Shown here: piece by piece, positions 8,950 through 17,290 of the stretch
Position numbering within the stretch: position 1 is the first letter of the stretch
How the letters are laid out: each line of letters starts with the position of its first letter
Source: a virus
Virus record (IMG/VR): IMGVR_UViG_3300028490_000007
Span: 1-64,000 of that record
DNA: 64,000 bases
Direction: 5' to 3' (one strand)
The notes under the pieces: generated by a model
What the model saw: the letters and a program-made list of their open reading frames with translations, nothing else
The model's database searches: none
What the model was told of the DNA's origin: nothing
Translations under genes and position numbers: made by a program

Positions 8950-10465
8950 ACTGTAGCCCAACGCTTAGGTGCTACGTGATCAAAATTTTCGTACTAGACA
9001 GTCGATCAGTTCTGTCCGCCTTTTCTTTTTCGCTTTAAGGTAGCTATTCTTTTCAAGTTTCAATGCCTATACAAAAATTGCAATAGACTCGCTTCTGCGT
9101 GAAAGACAACCGCCAGTTATAAGGCTCAGGGTGAGCACAAACGCCTCCTGCAAGCAGGTTTGACTTCCGGGGACTTCCGGCTATTACGAGCCTTCTCTAT
9201 CGGCAGACTATGTATAAGCCACTAAGAGAACACTTCCTACAATCTGTAGGCTACCTCACTCATAGACAGTGGGGTTATGTATAAAACACAACAATCAATA
9301 TTCCGTGGAATACTCATTGTTACGATTTACATTTATTATGTAATCGCAACTGAAACCTTAATCGCTACCCCGTAGTAAGGGTCATTGCGATCTCGGTCCT
9401 CGTTGCTTCCCGGTTTTTAAAACCGAGTACAAAAATTGTACCCGGTTCGTTTCCGGGACAACGGTCATACAGAAATCATTGCATGTGAAAGGTATGACAA
9501 CCTCACATGCTCTACCCTACTACGTTCACCGATTGAGTGAAACAGGGTTGGCAAGCCTAAGCTCACCGGTTAGCTTTCTTTGTCAATAGTAGCTATACTA
9601 TTAAGAAGCCGGGAAATGACCCAGCCTCAAAACTTGTTTTTTTACAACCCACAAGTAACGTGATGGCGGTTTTTTAACGTGGTTTCTCACGCTGATTTTT
9701 ACGTCTTATCTGACGGGACGGTTCTCTTCTTACCGACAACGGGGTCTCACCCAGTCCTTCGTTTTCACACCAAACAGGTAACGGCTACGTTTAACGCCCA
9801 GCTAGGCAACGAAATCATCAAAGCTCCAATAAGCTCTCATGGTCTCGCCCTCCGTAGAGGACCGGTTTGATTACCGAGTTAATGACCACAATCTTATGCG
9901 TCAAGACCTTCTCGGTTGCAGAGCACAGAATTCACTGTGTTGACTTCGCATGCGTCTTGCACATGCTTCCCAAGACTTTGCTCTTCAGCTTGGGGTTCTG
10001 GTTCGTCTGGTAGCTACCCAGACTCTGATCTTCACCTCTCGTGCTAACGATAGGCTATCTTCCACGACATTGCTGTCTGAAGCCCTTACACACCGACATG
10101 TGTAAGCATATTAAATCGGCTATTGTTCAGCGTTGCTAATCCCTGCCGGAGAAGTAGCTGCTTTATCCAGGTTCACTGGTTCTGGCGTGTATATATTCCT
10201 ACTGTACACCAGAAGTGTGGAGTTGACATAACCCACAATAGCTCGTTTTCCCGTAACCGGATTGGTGGTAGCACACCGTGTTGTACCCTTTATGGAATAC
10301 ATGTTCATTCAAGAGACTATGCCGCCTCACTCGAACCAGGTCTCAACCTGTAGTGTTGTTCTGTTTCAACACATCTAGCCATCACAGGCAATACAGTGTA
10401 AATCATCCAACGATGACTTAGTGCTGTATTCAATGGACTTGTATACCGCCCATTGAGAGCGGTTT
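8950..10465 (-). ncRNA. candidate large structured non-coding RNA / structured leader (~1.5 kb)
   Basis: No credible ORF; dozens of adjacent inverted repeats; most plus-strand A-C mismatches become G-U pairs on the minus strand; UACG and GCAA tetraloops on the minus strand. Confidence 0.65.
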
Positions 10466-10470
10466 TATGA

Positions 10471-10608
10471 CTATCCTAGCTCACAAGCTACTCCGGGGTT
10501 GGAGTCAAGCATTCGATTAAATCTTTCGATCCAATTCTTCTGCTCAAGAGTAAGCTGCTTAGCTGGTATGGCCATCATTTTTTTAAAGTTTTGTAACGTA
10601 TATTTCAT
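10471..10608 (-). CDS. small hypothetical protein (45 aa; missing from ORF track)
   Basis: GGAGGT RBS then MKYTLQNFKKMMAIPAKQLTLEQKNWIERFNRMLDSNPGVACELG. Confidence 0.6.
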   Translation of the reverse strand: MKYTLQNFKKMMAIPAKQLTLEQKNWIERFNRMLDSNPGVACELG

Positions 10609-10702
10609 AACACACCTCCATTATTTTGTGTGGCGATACTTGTTTCCAGAGTATCTGAACCCATATAAATGCAATACTTAGCTATCTACTTAGGGAAATT
10701 GT

Positions 10703-10752
10703 AAGATATATTCTCCTACATAGTATATACCCGAAAAACGGCCATTTTTACA
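10703..10752 (-). promoter_or_regulatory. conserved promoter-like motif, copy 1
   Basis: TGTAAAAA-N11-CGGGTATATACTATGTAGGAGAATATATCTT; 30/31 nt identical to copy 2. Confidence 0.7.
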
Positions 10753-10757
10753 CCTTT

Positions 10758-10785
10758 TTAGGGCTATTTAGGGCTATTTTAGGGG
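10758..10785. repeat. short tandem repeat TTAGGGCTAT (x2 plus a partial copy)
   Basis: ttagggctat ttagggctat tttagggg. Confidence 0.5.
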
Positions 10786-10801
10786 CAATATACAGAAGCA
10801 A

Positions 10802-11095
10802 CTACGGCTTATTAAGCTGTACTGTGCCTCTTTCTATGCTGTATAGGAGCCATTTCTCGTATTTAACGTCACGAGAATTGAACTCCTTACGGTTTGGGAA
10901 GTCAGTTTTGATGTCCAATCGTCTACAAAAGTAAACTGTATCAAGCATCTCACGCTGTATGGCGTCAGCATTAGACTCTCCTGTCTCAGGATTTCTATCC
11001 TCAAGACCATGCTGAATAGCCTTGCCTATCGCCTGCTGAACTTCAGCTAGTTCAGCGGCTAGACGAGATAAGTCGTGCTGTGTAATGTCCATCAT
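10802..11095 (-). CDS. MazG-like nucleotide pyrophosphohydrolase
   Basis: LAAELAEVQQAIGKAIQHG...IQREMLD; ExxE...ExxD pattern. Confidence 0.55.
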   Translation of the reverse strand: MMDITQHDLSRLAAELAEVQQAIGKAIQHGLEDRNPETGESNADAIQREMLDTVYFCRRLDIKTDFPNRKEFNSRDVKYEKWLLYSIERGTVQLNKP

Positions 11096-11439
11096 ACGAA
11101 CATCCTTCTGCAGTAGCTTCTTACCTCACGGTTTATGACGTAGCTTCTATATGAAGCGTTTATCATTGAACCGAGATATGCAGACATGATATATGTTGCA
11201 CCGAAGTACGACAACATATCTGTCATATTCTCAGGAGTTAACAGTATTAACGTCCCAAGAAATACAAGTTCAGCACCTATACGAGCTATACTCATACGGG
11301 TAACTATCCTACTTGCAAACCCAATAAGGGCAAACGTAGCTATTGCTACATACCCTGCGTTTGCAACAGGGAAGATATAGTATCCCAATGCCATAATAAG
11401 GGCTACGGCTGAGCCACCCAAATACATTCTATTATTCAT
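11092..11439 (-). CDS. small multi-pass membrane protein
   Basis: about four hydrophobic segments; AAGGAGGT RBS. Confidence 0.7.
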   Translation of the reverse strand: MNNRMYLGGSAVALIMALGYYIFPVANAGYVAIATFALIGFASRIVTRMSIARIGAELVFLGTLILLTPENMTDMLSYFGATYIMSAYLGSMINASYRSYVINREVRSYCRRMFV

Positions 11440-11546
11440 AATAACCTCCTTGGTTATATAGTCATCAAACGATGTCTCTATGTGCTATAGTCTAATCCCT
11501 ATACTATTTTTTTCTTAGATATAGTATGAGTGATTGACACAAAGAG

Positions 11547-11596
11547 AAGATATAATCTCCTACATAGTATATACCCGTTTTCTGTCGGTTTTTACA
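11547..11596 (-). promoter_or_regulatory. conserved promoter-like motif, copy 2
   Basis: TGTAAAAA-N11-CGGGTATATACTATGTAGGAGATTATATCTT. Confidence 0.7.
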
Positions 11597-11659
11597 GTTG
11601 TTTGGAATGGTGTTTCTGGGGGATAAGACAGAGCTGAGAAGCTCTATCTGGAAGGTGGG

Positions 11660-12211
11660 TTACGCTACTTTTTTGAAAAACTCTATAAAGGAATTGGTCA
11701 ACTCTTCACGTCCTCTTTGTCCGTGCATATACTCACTCTGATGTGATGCAAAGAATGGCTCTATGAGAATACAATAAGATCTACCTCTACACAGGAAGCC
11801 ACCACCTCTGTTTTTCTTTGTCTTAGGTTTGACGCCTCTATCTCTATTGTTTAAGTGTTTAGTAAAGATGGTATTCATCATTCCTGCATACCTAGCACTT
11901 GTCGTACTTCTTGAGCAATGTAGAACCTCATGACCATTTGCACTAGCATGAGAAGAAGCATTGAAGTGTAGGGAAATAGATATGCTTGCACCCCATGCAT
12001 CAATCTCTTTGTGTAGCATCTTCATTCTCTGAGTGTATCCATGCCCTGACTCTTTTCTATGGAATATTTTAAGTTCAACACCGGTTCCTTTGGCTTCCTC
12101 TACTATCTCTTTGGCTAGGTCATTATAAAATGCCCATTCAGACACCCCACTATTACCATACGCTCCACGACTTCTACTTCTATGTCCTATGACAAGTGCT
12201 ATCTTTTTCAT
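11660..12211 (-). CDS. N-acetylmuramoyl-L-alanine amidase (Amidase_3), probable endolysin
   Basis: IALVIGH...GA...E, SISLHFNA and LIEPFF Zn/catalytic motifs; start MKKIAL overlaps HNH stop (ATGA). Confidence 0.88.
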   Translation of the reverse strand: MKKIALVIGHRSRSRGAYGNSGVSEWAFYNDLAKEIVEEAKGTGVELKIFHRKESGHGYTQRMKMLHKEIDAWGASISISLHFNASSHASANGHEVLHCSRSTTSARYAGMMNTIFTKHLNNRDRGVKPKTKKNRGGGFLCRGRSYCILIEPFFASHQSEYMHGQRGREELTNSFIEFFKKVA

Positions 12212-12519
12212 TTTTGTTCTCCTGTTAATATTGATTTTAAGTACGTACACAGTACCATAAAGTTTGCGAAGTCGTACTTTGTACACTTCTCTCTATACGA
12301 GCGTTTAAAGTTGGTATGGAAGTTCATGTGACATTTTCCACACAGTGTTATCCCATTGTCAACATCATGCCTCTCTTCCGGGAAGTAAGAGCCACTGTTT
12401 AGATGATGAGCTGATCTTCCCTGTATGCTACCACATCCGGGAACTTGGCAGACCTTATCTCGCAATATGACTCTTACCCTCCATATCCTATAATCTCTAG
12501 TGTGATGCCATTTTGCCAT
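12208..12519 (-). CDS. HNH endonuclease
   Basis: RD..CQ..GC, AHHL, NGITLCGKCHMNFH. Confidence 0.88.
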   Translation of the reverse strand: MAKWHHTRDYRIWRVRVILRDKVCQVPGCGSIQGRSAHHLNSGSYFPEERHDVDNGITLCGKCHMNFHTNFKRSYREKCTKYDFANFMVLCTYLKSILTGEQK

Positions 12520-12599
12520 AGTAATACCTTTTTGATATTATACTGTCTAATTAAGCAAATGTTAATACCTGCACTACTATAATGCTTTTCTACAACGAA

Positions 12600-12725
12600 A
12601 TAGTCTAGGTCCGTAGGGCTATTAGAGTATGCGAGGAAAGTGACTACGGGACAAACAAAACTGTATGAAACATAGCAGATGTCCTTCGCATTTTAATTGG
12701 CAGTGAAACATATGTCAGCTCTAGT
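12600..12725 (+). ncRNA. possible structured RNA element directly upstream of the tRNA
   Basis: nested helices TAGAG/CTCTA, TGCGAGGA/TCCTTCGCA, CTGTATG/CATAGCAG, TGGCA/TGTCA. Confidence 0.35.
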
Positions 12726-12741
12726 TATACTGTAGAACCGT

Positions 12742-12830
12742 AGATGGTTGTCTGAGCGGTTTAAAGAGCTTCCCTGCTAAGGAAGTGTGGGCCTGTCTCA
12801 CCGAAGGTTCAAATCCTTCACCATCTGCCA
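12742..12830 (+). tRNA. tRNA-Ser(GCT) with encoded CCA
   Basis: acceptor AGATGGT/ACCATCT, anticodon arm CTTCC-CTGCTAA-GGAAG, long variable arm, T arm GAAGG-TTCAAAT-CCTTC, G discriminator + CCA. Confidence 0.95.
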
Positions 12831-12990
12831 CAACTCCCTATCTCCAACAATAACTTCTTAAACGCCAAACTTTCTCAACTATAGTAAAATAGCTTTTATT
12901 ATGGTAAAATTTTCAAGACACAAAACTAGAGTCTTGTGGGTTGTGGTATAAAAATGCTACAATACAGAAAATAAAATAAGAGGAATTAGT

Positions 12991-15186
12991 ATGGCTAGTT
13001 ACAACGTAAATAGTGGAGACACAGTTACTATTGACGAAACACTTGCTGAAACTATTGACTATCTGAATATAAACGGTGTTTGTAATATCGTGAACACATC
13101 AAACACAGGCTTAGTGCTTGCATTTGAGAGTTCTGGTTATATATCAGTTAAGTCTTTTGGACAGTTGAATGTCCGTGGTTCTATGATAGAACTAGGTTCA
13201 GCAGATGGGTCAAGAGGTTACAGTGTAGCACACTGGCAATCAGCTCACCCTATAAATGTTATATGGGTAGAAACTGCTTCTGGCTCAGACGAGTATGAAC
13301 CTTGGTATGCAATAAACACACCAGGCTCAACACTATTGTCTTTTTCAGATTTTGCAAACAGCAAAGAGACGGGAAGAATGTTCGAGTGGAATGCTGGAAC
13401 AATCGAGTTCTCATCTACACTTGGTGAAGGAGCTGTACCTGATAGTGGATGTAAGATAAAAGTTCCAAACATAATCTTCTCAACAGTATCACCTTTCGGA
13501 AGCACAACTACTGCAAAGATACAGTATGACGAAGGCGGTTTCATTTCAATGAAAGACGTGTCGTTCTCTGACTTTAGTGGAACACTTAAGGGTATCGGTC
13601 ACTTGGACCTTGAAAGAGTTGGTTTTTATGGATCTGCGTATATCCAATATTGTAACGACTTCGATATTAAAGATACTCATGCAGGCATCAAAGACAACTA
13701 CTCTACAGGCTTAAGTTTCAGCTACTCTTCAAATGGAGTAATGGAAAATATCTCAGGTGCCTCTACCAAAACAAAAGGTGTTACATTTAACTACCTTAAG
13801 AATGTTACAGTAGATGGTATTACAGGTATTGTTGCTAAAAGAGATAGTGCTTCTGACTTCCCTGTGTTCTTGTCTACTGTTCAAGGCTCTGAGTTTAAAA
13901 ACCTTACTGCTCTAGGGGGTGCTTTGAAGGCATCAAATGTTAGTGCAAGTAGAGTTGTCGGTATTAAAACAATCGACAGTATCAAGCTGATTGAGAATAG
14001 CTACAAGGCTACTGCCAACATAGACATTGAGAGTTCTTCTTCTACTGTCTTTAGAGATTGGGAAGTTCCTGTTAATGGTGGAGCTAAGATAGCATACGCC
14101 AAAATCAAAAACTCACCAAATATTGATATCCTTAAAGCAGACATCCATAGTACATACGCTACAAACGTAGTCTCTGGTGATGTTTCTTTTGGTACTCGTA
14201 TCTCAGAGATGCATTATGAAGGCTTCACCGGTGCAGATGCATTTAACATGCCACTGAAAAACAACGGTGTTCTTCTTCAGCACATCACGAGTCCTGTAAG
14301 AGGGGAGCTTTCAATAGAAGCTTCAAATGCTATCATTAAGGGTGCAGATGCTTCTTCCATCAAGACTGACAACCCAGGTGCTTCTGGCTCAAACTTTGCA
14401 CAACTATATACAAGTGCTACCGATGGAAGCCTAGTTTTCATTATGGCAAAAGACTCAACAGAAACACACTTCTTCAATAACCTTATTGGTGATGTAAAGC
14501 TATCTAACAATGGACGTGCATATTTCAGTAATGTTGGAGACAGTGTAGAAGTCAGAACTCCTTATCGTGTGAAGGGTGTCACTTTCCAGAATGTAGCCCC
14601 TGTGATAAATGGATACGGAACAGCAGTTCTAGCTCTTGACTACTCTATAGACTTAGGTGAAGGCTTCGGGTCATACAAGGCTCTGAATGCCACTAATCTA
14701 TCAGCAGAGCCTATTGACCCTAATGATGGGTTCCTCCTAAAAATAAGAATGGTTGCAGGTACTATATCTGGAACTACTTACATCTCATCAATAGATATGC
14801 CTACTTTAGATAGTAGATATGTATATCCACTTGACTTTGAGAAGGGTAAGATTATCTTTGACGAGAATGCTTCTATTGATGTTAACGCTAAGTATTTCGC
14901 ATATTACTCAGATGGATACGGAACTGTTGATGCAGAACTTGTAAAAGATGCTGATGGTCAACCTATCACCGGACTTATTGACAATAGAGAATTCGTTGAC
15001 TTTACGTACGACTTTATCGGAGATGAGTCTAATGGACGAGTTGCTGATGAGCCGTTCAATATTACAATCGTGTTCGCAGGTAGCGACATGGGTAAAAACG
15101 TGGTTATTTCTCAAGAGTTTGACAAAGGGCAAGTAAACGTGTTCTCACTCAGACCTGACAAAGACTACGGTTATGTGGGAGAATAG
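12991..15186 (+). CDS. virion structural protein with probable beta-helix (tail spike/fibre-like)
   Basis: 731 aa, S/G/N/T-rich beta-strand repeats. Confidence 0.6.
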   Translation: MASYNVNSGDTVTIDETLAETIDYLNINGVCNIVNTSNTGLVLAFESSGYISVKSFGQLNVRGSMIELGSADGSRGYSVAHWQSAHPINVIWVETASGSDEYEPWYAINTPGSTLLSFSDFANSKETGRMFEWNAGTIEFSSTLGEGAVPDSGCKIKVPNIIFSTVSPFGSTTTAKIQYDEGGFISMKDVSFSDFSGTLKGIGHLDLERVGFYGSAYIQYCNDFDIKDTHAGIKDNYSTGLSFSYSSNGVMENISGASTKTKGVTFNYLKNVTVDGITGIVAKRDSASDFPVFLSTVQGSEFKNLTALGGALKASNVSASRVVGIKTIDSIKLIENSYKATANIDIESSSSTVFRDWEVPVNGGAKIAYAKIKNSPNIDILKADIHSTYATNVVSGDVSFGTRISEMHYEGFTGADAFNMPLKNNGVLLQHITSPVRGELSIEASNAIIKGADASSIKTDNPGASGSNFAQLYTSATDGSLVFIMAKDSTETHFFNNLIGDVKLSNNGRAYFSNVGDSVEVRTPYRVKGVTFQNVAPVINGYGTAVLALDYSIDLGEGFGSYKALNATNLSAEPIDPNDGFLLKIRMVAGTISGTTYISSIDMPTLDSRYVYPLDFEKGKIIFDENASIDVNAKYFAYYSDGYGTVDAELVKDADGQPITGLIDNREFVDFTYDFIGDESNGRVADEPFNITIVFAGSDMGKNVVISQEFDKGQVNVFSLRPDKDYGYVGE

Positions 15187-15187
15187 A

Positions 15188-15766
15188 ATGAAAATTATTA
15201 CATTTAAAATACCGGCAACGTCATCTTCTACAATACTCGCAAACGCTGTGAATATGCTTGAGTCTATACCTTCTATACCTCTTGATGTAACCAAGTCTTC
15301 TTATGTTGGCTCTGGAATATCAGGAGAGAGGGATGTGTTTGTTATTCTTCCAAGTGAAATACTAGATAGAGACGGGTTCTCTATCTGGTCTATGGAACTA
15401 ACTATAGGTGGTGATCTAAAAGACACTACCGTATTTGAGATAGACAATACAGTGACTCCAATAGTTATTGATCCGGCACCAATTAGAGCAAGAGTTGAGG
15501 CTGATATTTCTATGTCGCTAGTCAGGGCTCTGATTGATGGTCGAACGGAAGCAAAATCTGGAACAGAAACCCTTGTGTTCAACAATGATGATGTCGTTAT
15601 CCAAAAGATATCAATCGTAGGTGGAGCCAGAGGTAGTGAGTTTAAAGGGCATATCTTGTCTTGGACTGGGAACAGTGCAACACTGGACACTACCGCCGTA
15701 ATGTCACACGACAACGAAGGCAACCAAGTTTGGGTTCGTGAATTAACACAAGAAGGAGTCCTATAA
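15188..15766 (+). CDS. hypothetical (probable structural) protein
   Basis: start MKIITF after upstream stop; TAATG coupling downstream. Confidence 0.6.
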   Translation: MKIITFKIPATSSSTILANAVNMLESIPSIPLDVTKSSYVGSGISGERDVFVILPSEILDRDGFSIWSMELTIGGDLKDTTVFEIDNTVTPIVIDPAPIRARVEADISMSLVRALIDGRTEAKSGTETLVFNNDDVVIQKISIVGGARGSEFKGHILSWTGNSATLDTTAVMSHDNEGNQVWVRELTQEGVL

Positions 15767-16233
15767 TGGCAAAGGTAACATTTGATGGAGAACGTGAGTT
15801 AATTATCGTTGACCCAGGTATCACCTCACTAGACGTAAGAGAGGACATTTATTCTGCATGGAAAAGATGGTTCTTGCAATCAGATAACTCAAAGTTCTTT
15901 AAAGCTCTGGACATAGTAGGTGGAAACCCACTTCCAGAAGATCAACTCGGTCTTACTTACTTCCTTTTATCAGGATGGAAGATTAGACCATTTGAAGGAG
16001 ATCACAGACTTAGAATAAAAGGTAACTTATATAGACAAGACGGTTCAGACCCAATCGCAGACACTGTAGGCGATTTCAAAGTAACTGTCTCTATGAGAGT
16101 TTCCAACCTGATTGATATGGTTGGCGTAAATGGTTCCACTGGTACAGGTGGCGGAAGCACTGAAGTCATACTCGACCCTGAGTTACTAGATAGTATTTCT
16201 AGTCAGGAAGAGTGGACTATCACAGCTAGTTAA
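15766..16233 (+). CDS. conserved phage structural protein
   Basis: VTFDG...DIYSAWKRW...YFLLSGWKIRP...GNLY motif family common in large phages. Confidence 0.65.
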   Translation: MAKVTFDGERELIIVDPGITSLDVREDIYSAWKRWFLQSDNSKFFKALDIVGGNPLPEDQLGLTYFLLSGWKIRPFEGDHRLRIKGNLYRQDGSDPIADTVGDFKVTVSMRVSNLIDMVGVNGSTGTGGGSTEVILDPELLDSISSQEEWTITAS

Positions 16234-16251
16234 AAATAAAAGGAAAATCAA

Positions 16252-16860
16252 ATGATTAAAAAAGTTGGAACCCCGTTCTATTTAGAACTTAACAGTCACC
16301 AAAAGTTTTTCGGTGCATCAGGCTTTGTTACTAAAGTAGTAGACCTTGCAGACGGATCAATCACAACAGCAGCTAACGACGGAGTAGAGATTACTGAAAC
16401 AATCGCAACACCAGGTACAGCTACAGTTGATGCAGCGGCAGCAGCCGGAACAAAACAAATCACTGTTCAATCAGGTGGTGGTATCGAAGATGGTATGGTA
16501 TTTGCAGACGGTAACGGAAACAAGTATTATGTTGACAAAGTTGTAGGCGATGTGCTTACTCTTAAGTTTGGACTACTTGATGGTATTGCATACGGAGACA
16601 CTCTTACTCAAGTTGGTAACACAGGTATCTATAAAATAGAACTTACAATCAACTCTGCAGGAAACTTCGGTATCTATATTGCAAATCCTTCAATCAACTT
16701 GCGTTCTAAAGGAATTCAATACACGATGAAAGATGTTGTGCTTGAAGATGTAGATGCAAAGCTTGATACAGAATTCGCTGCGATTAACGCAAAACTTGAC
16801 AGCATTGAAGCTGGAATTACTAACAGTGATACTGAAGACTTCACTGTATTCTCAGGGTAA
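16252..16860 (+). CDS. virion structural protein
   Basis: beta-rich with C-terminal coiled coil; AAGGA RBS. Confidence 0.6.
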   Translation: MIKKVGTPFYLELNSHQKFFGASGFVTKVVDLADGSITTAANDGVEITETIATPGTATVDAAAAAGTKQITVQSGGGIEDGMVFADGNGNKYYVDKVVGDVLTLKFGLLDGIAYGDTLTQVGNTGIYKIELTINSAGNFGIYIANPSINLRSKGIQYTMKDVVLEDVDAKLDTEFAAINAKLDSIEAGITNSDTEDFTVFSG

Positions 16861-16870
16861 AGGAACACTT

Positions 16871-17203
16871 ATGACTAACTATATAATCCCAACAATCACT
16901 CCTTCTGGAGAAGCTCTTGACCTGTCTGGTCTTAAATTTCCATGTCGTATTACAGACCTTAGAACGGGTACTGAATATGTACTTGAGTCTGCAGAAGGAA
17001 ATCCTGTCAAGATGGGACTTCAGGCATCAGACGTTACTGTTGAAGCATTTACTCCAATGCCTTCTTCTGCAATCATGTCTTTAGATGGAACTGAAACACC
17101 TACAGCCTTTGATACTGATGCATATAAACCTGTATGGTTTGTCGGTGGAGAATGGTATTATGCTTCTGGCGATATTATGACACAGACTGGCGGCGGAGAA
17201 TAA
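16871..17203 (+). CDS. hypothetical protein (110 aa)
   Basis: AAAGGAA RBS before MTNYII; followed by a hairpin at ~17209-17231. Confidence 0.65.
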   Translation: MTNYIIPTITPSGEALDLSGLKFPCRITDLRTGTEYVLESAEGNPVKMGLQASDVTVEAFTPMPSSAIMSLDGTETPTAFDTDAYKPVWFVGGEWYYASGDIMTQTGGGE

Positions 17204-17290
17204 TATGAGAGGGTGCTGTATAGCATCTTCCATAAGCGAGCTATTTATGATAGAATATGCTCATAAACAACAAAAACAAAAGGAACACAC

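Noticed and set aside
9679-10353. Track ORFs 9679-9870(+), 10120-10308(-) and 10123-10353(+)
   Set aside because: No convincing RBS, atypical composition, and they overlap the structured tract
8950-10465. CRISPR or other fixed-period guide array in the hairpin tract
   Set aside because: Stem sequences differ from hairpin to hairpin and I found no constant repeat or periodicity by eye
9200-10715. Group I intron core (GAGACTA at ~10313, AAGATATA at 10703, CATAGTC on minus)
   Set aside because: No matching P7 pair in the right order on one strand, the AAGATATA belongs to the promoter repeat, and no interrupted gene is evident; no group II domain V seen either
10758-10785. TTAGGG-containing repeats as telomere-like ends or iterons
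   Set aside because: Fewer than three full copies and internal to the contig; insufficient evidence for a function
12605-12740. RNase P RNA (GAGGAAAGT) or SRP RNA (AGGTCCG) upstream of the tRNA
   Set aside because: Too short, lacks the P4 3' partner for RNase P, and lacks the GGAA loop with AGCAG arrangement for SRP
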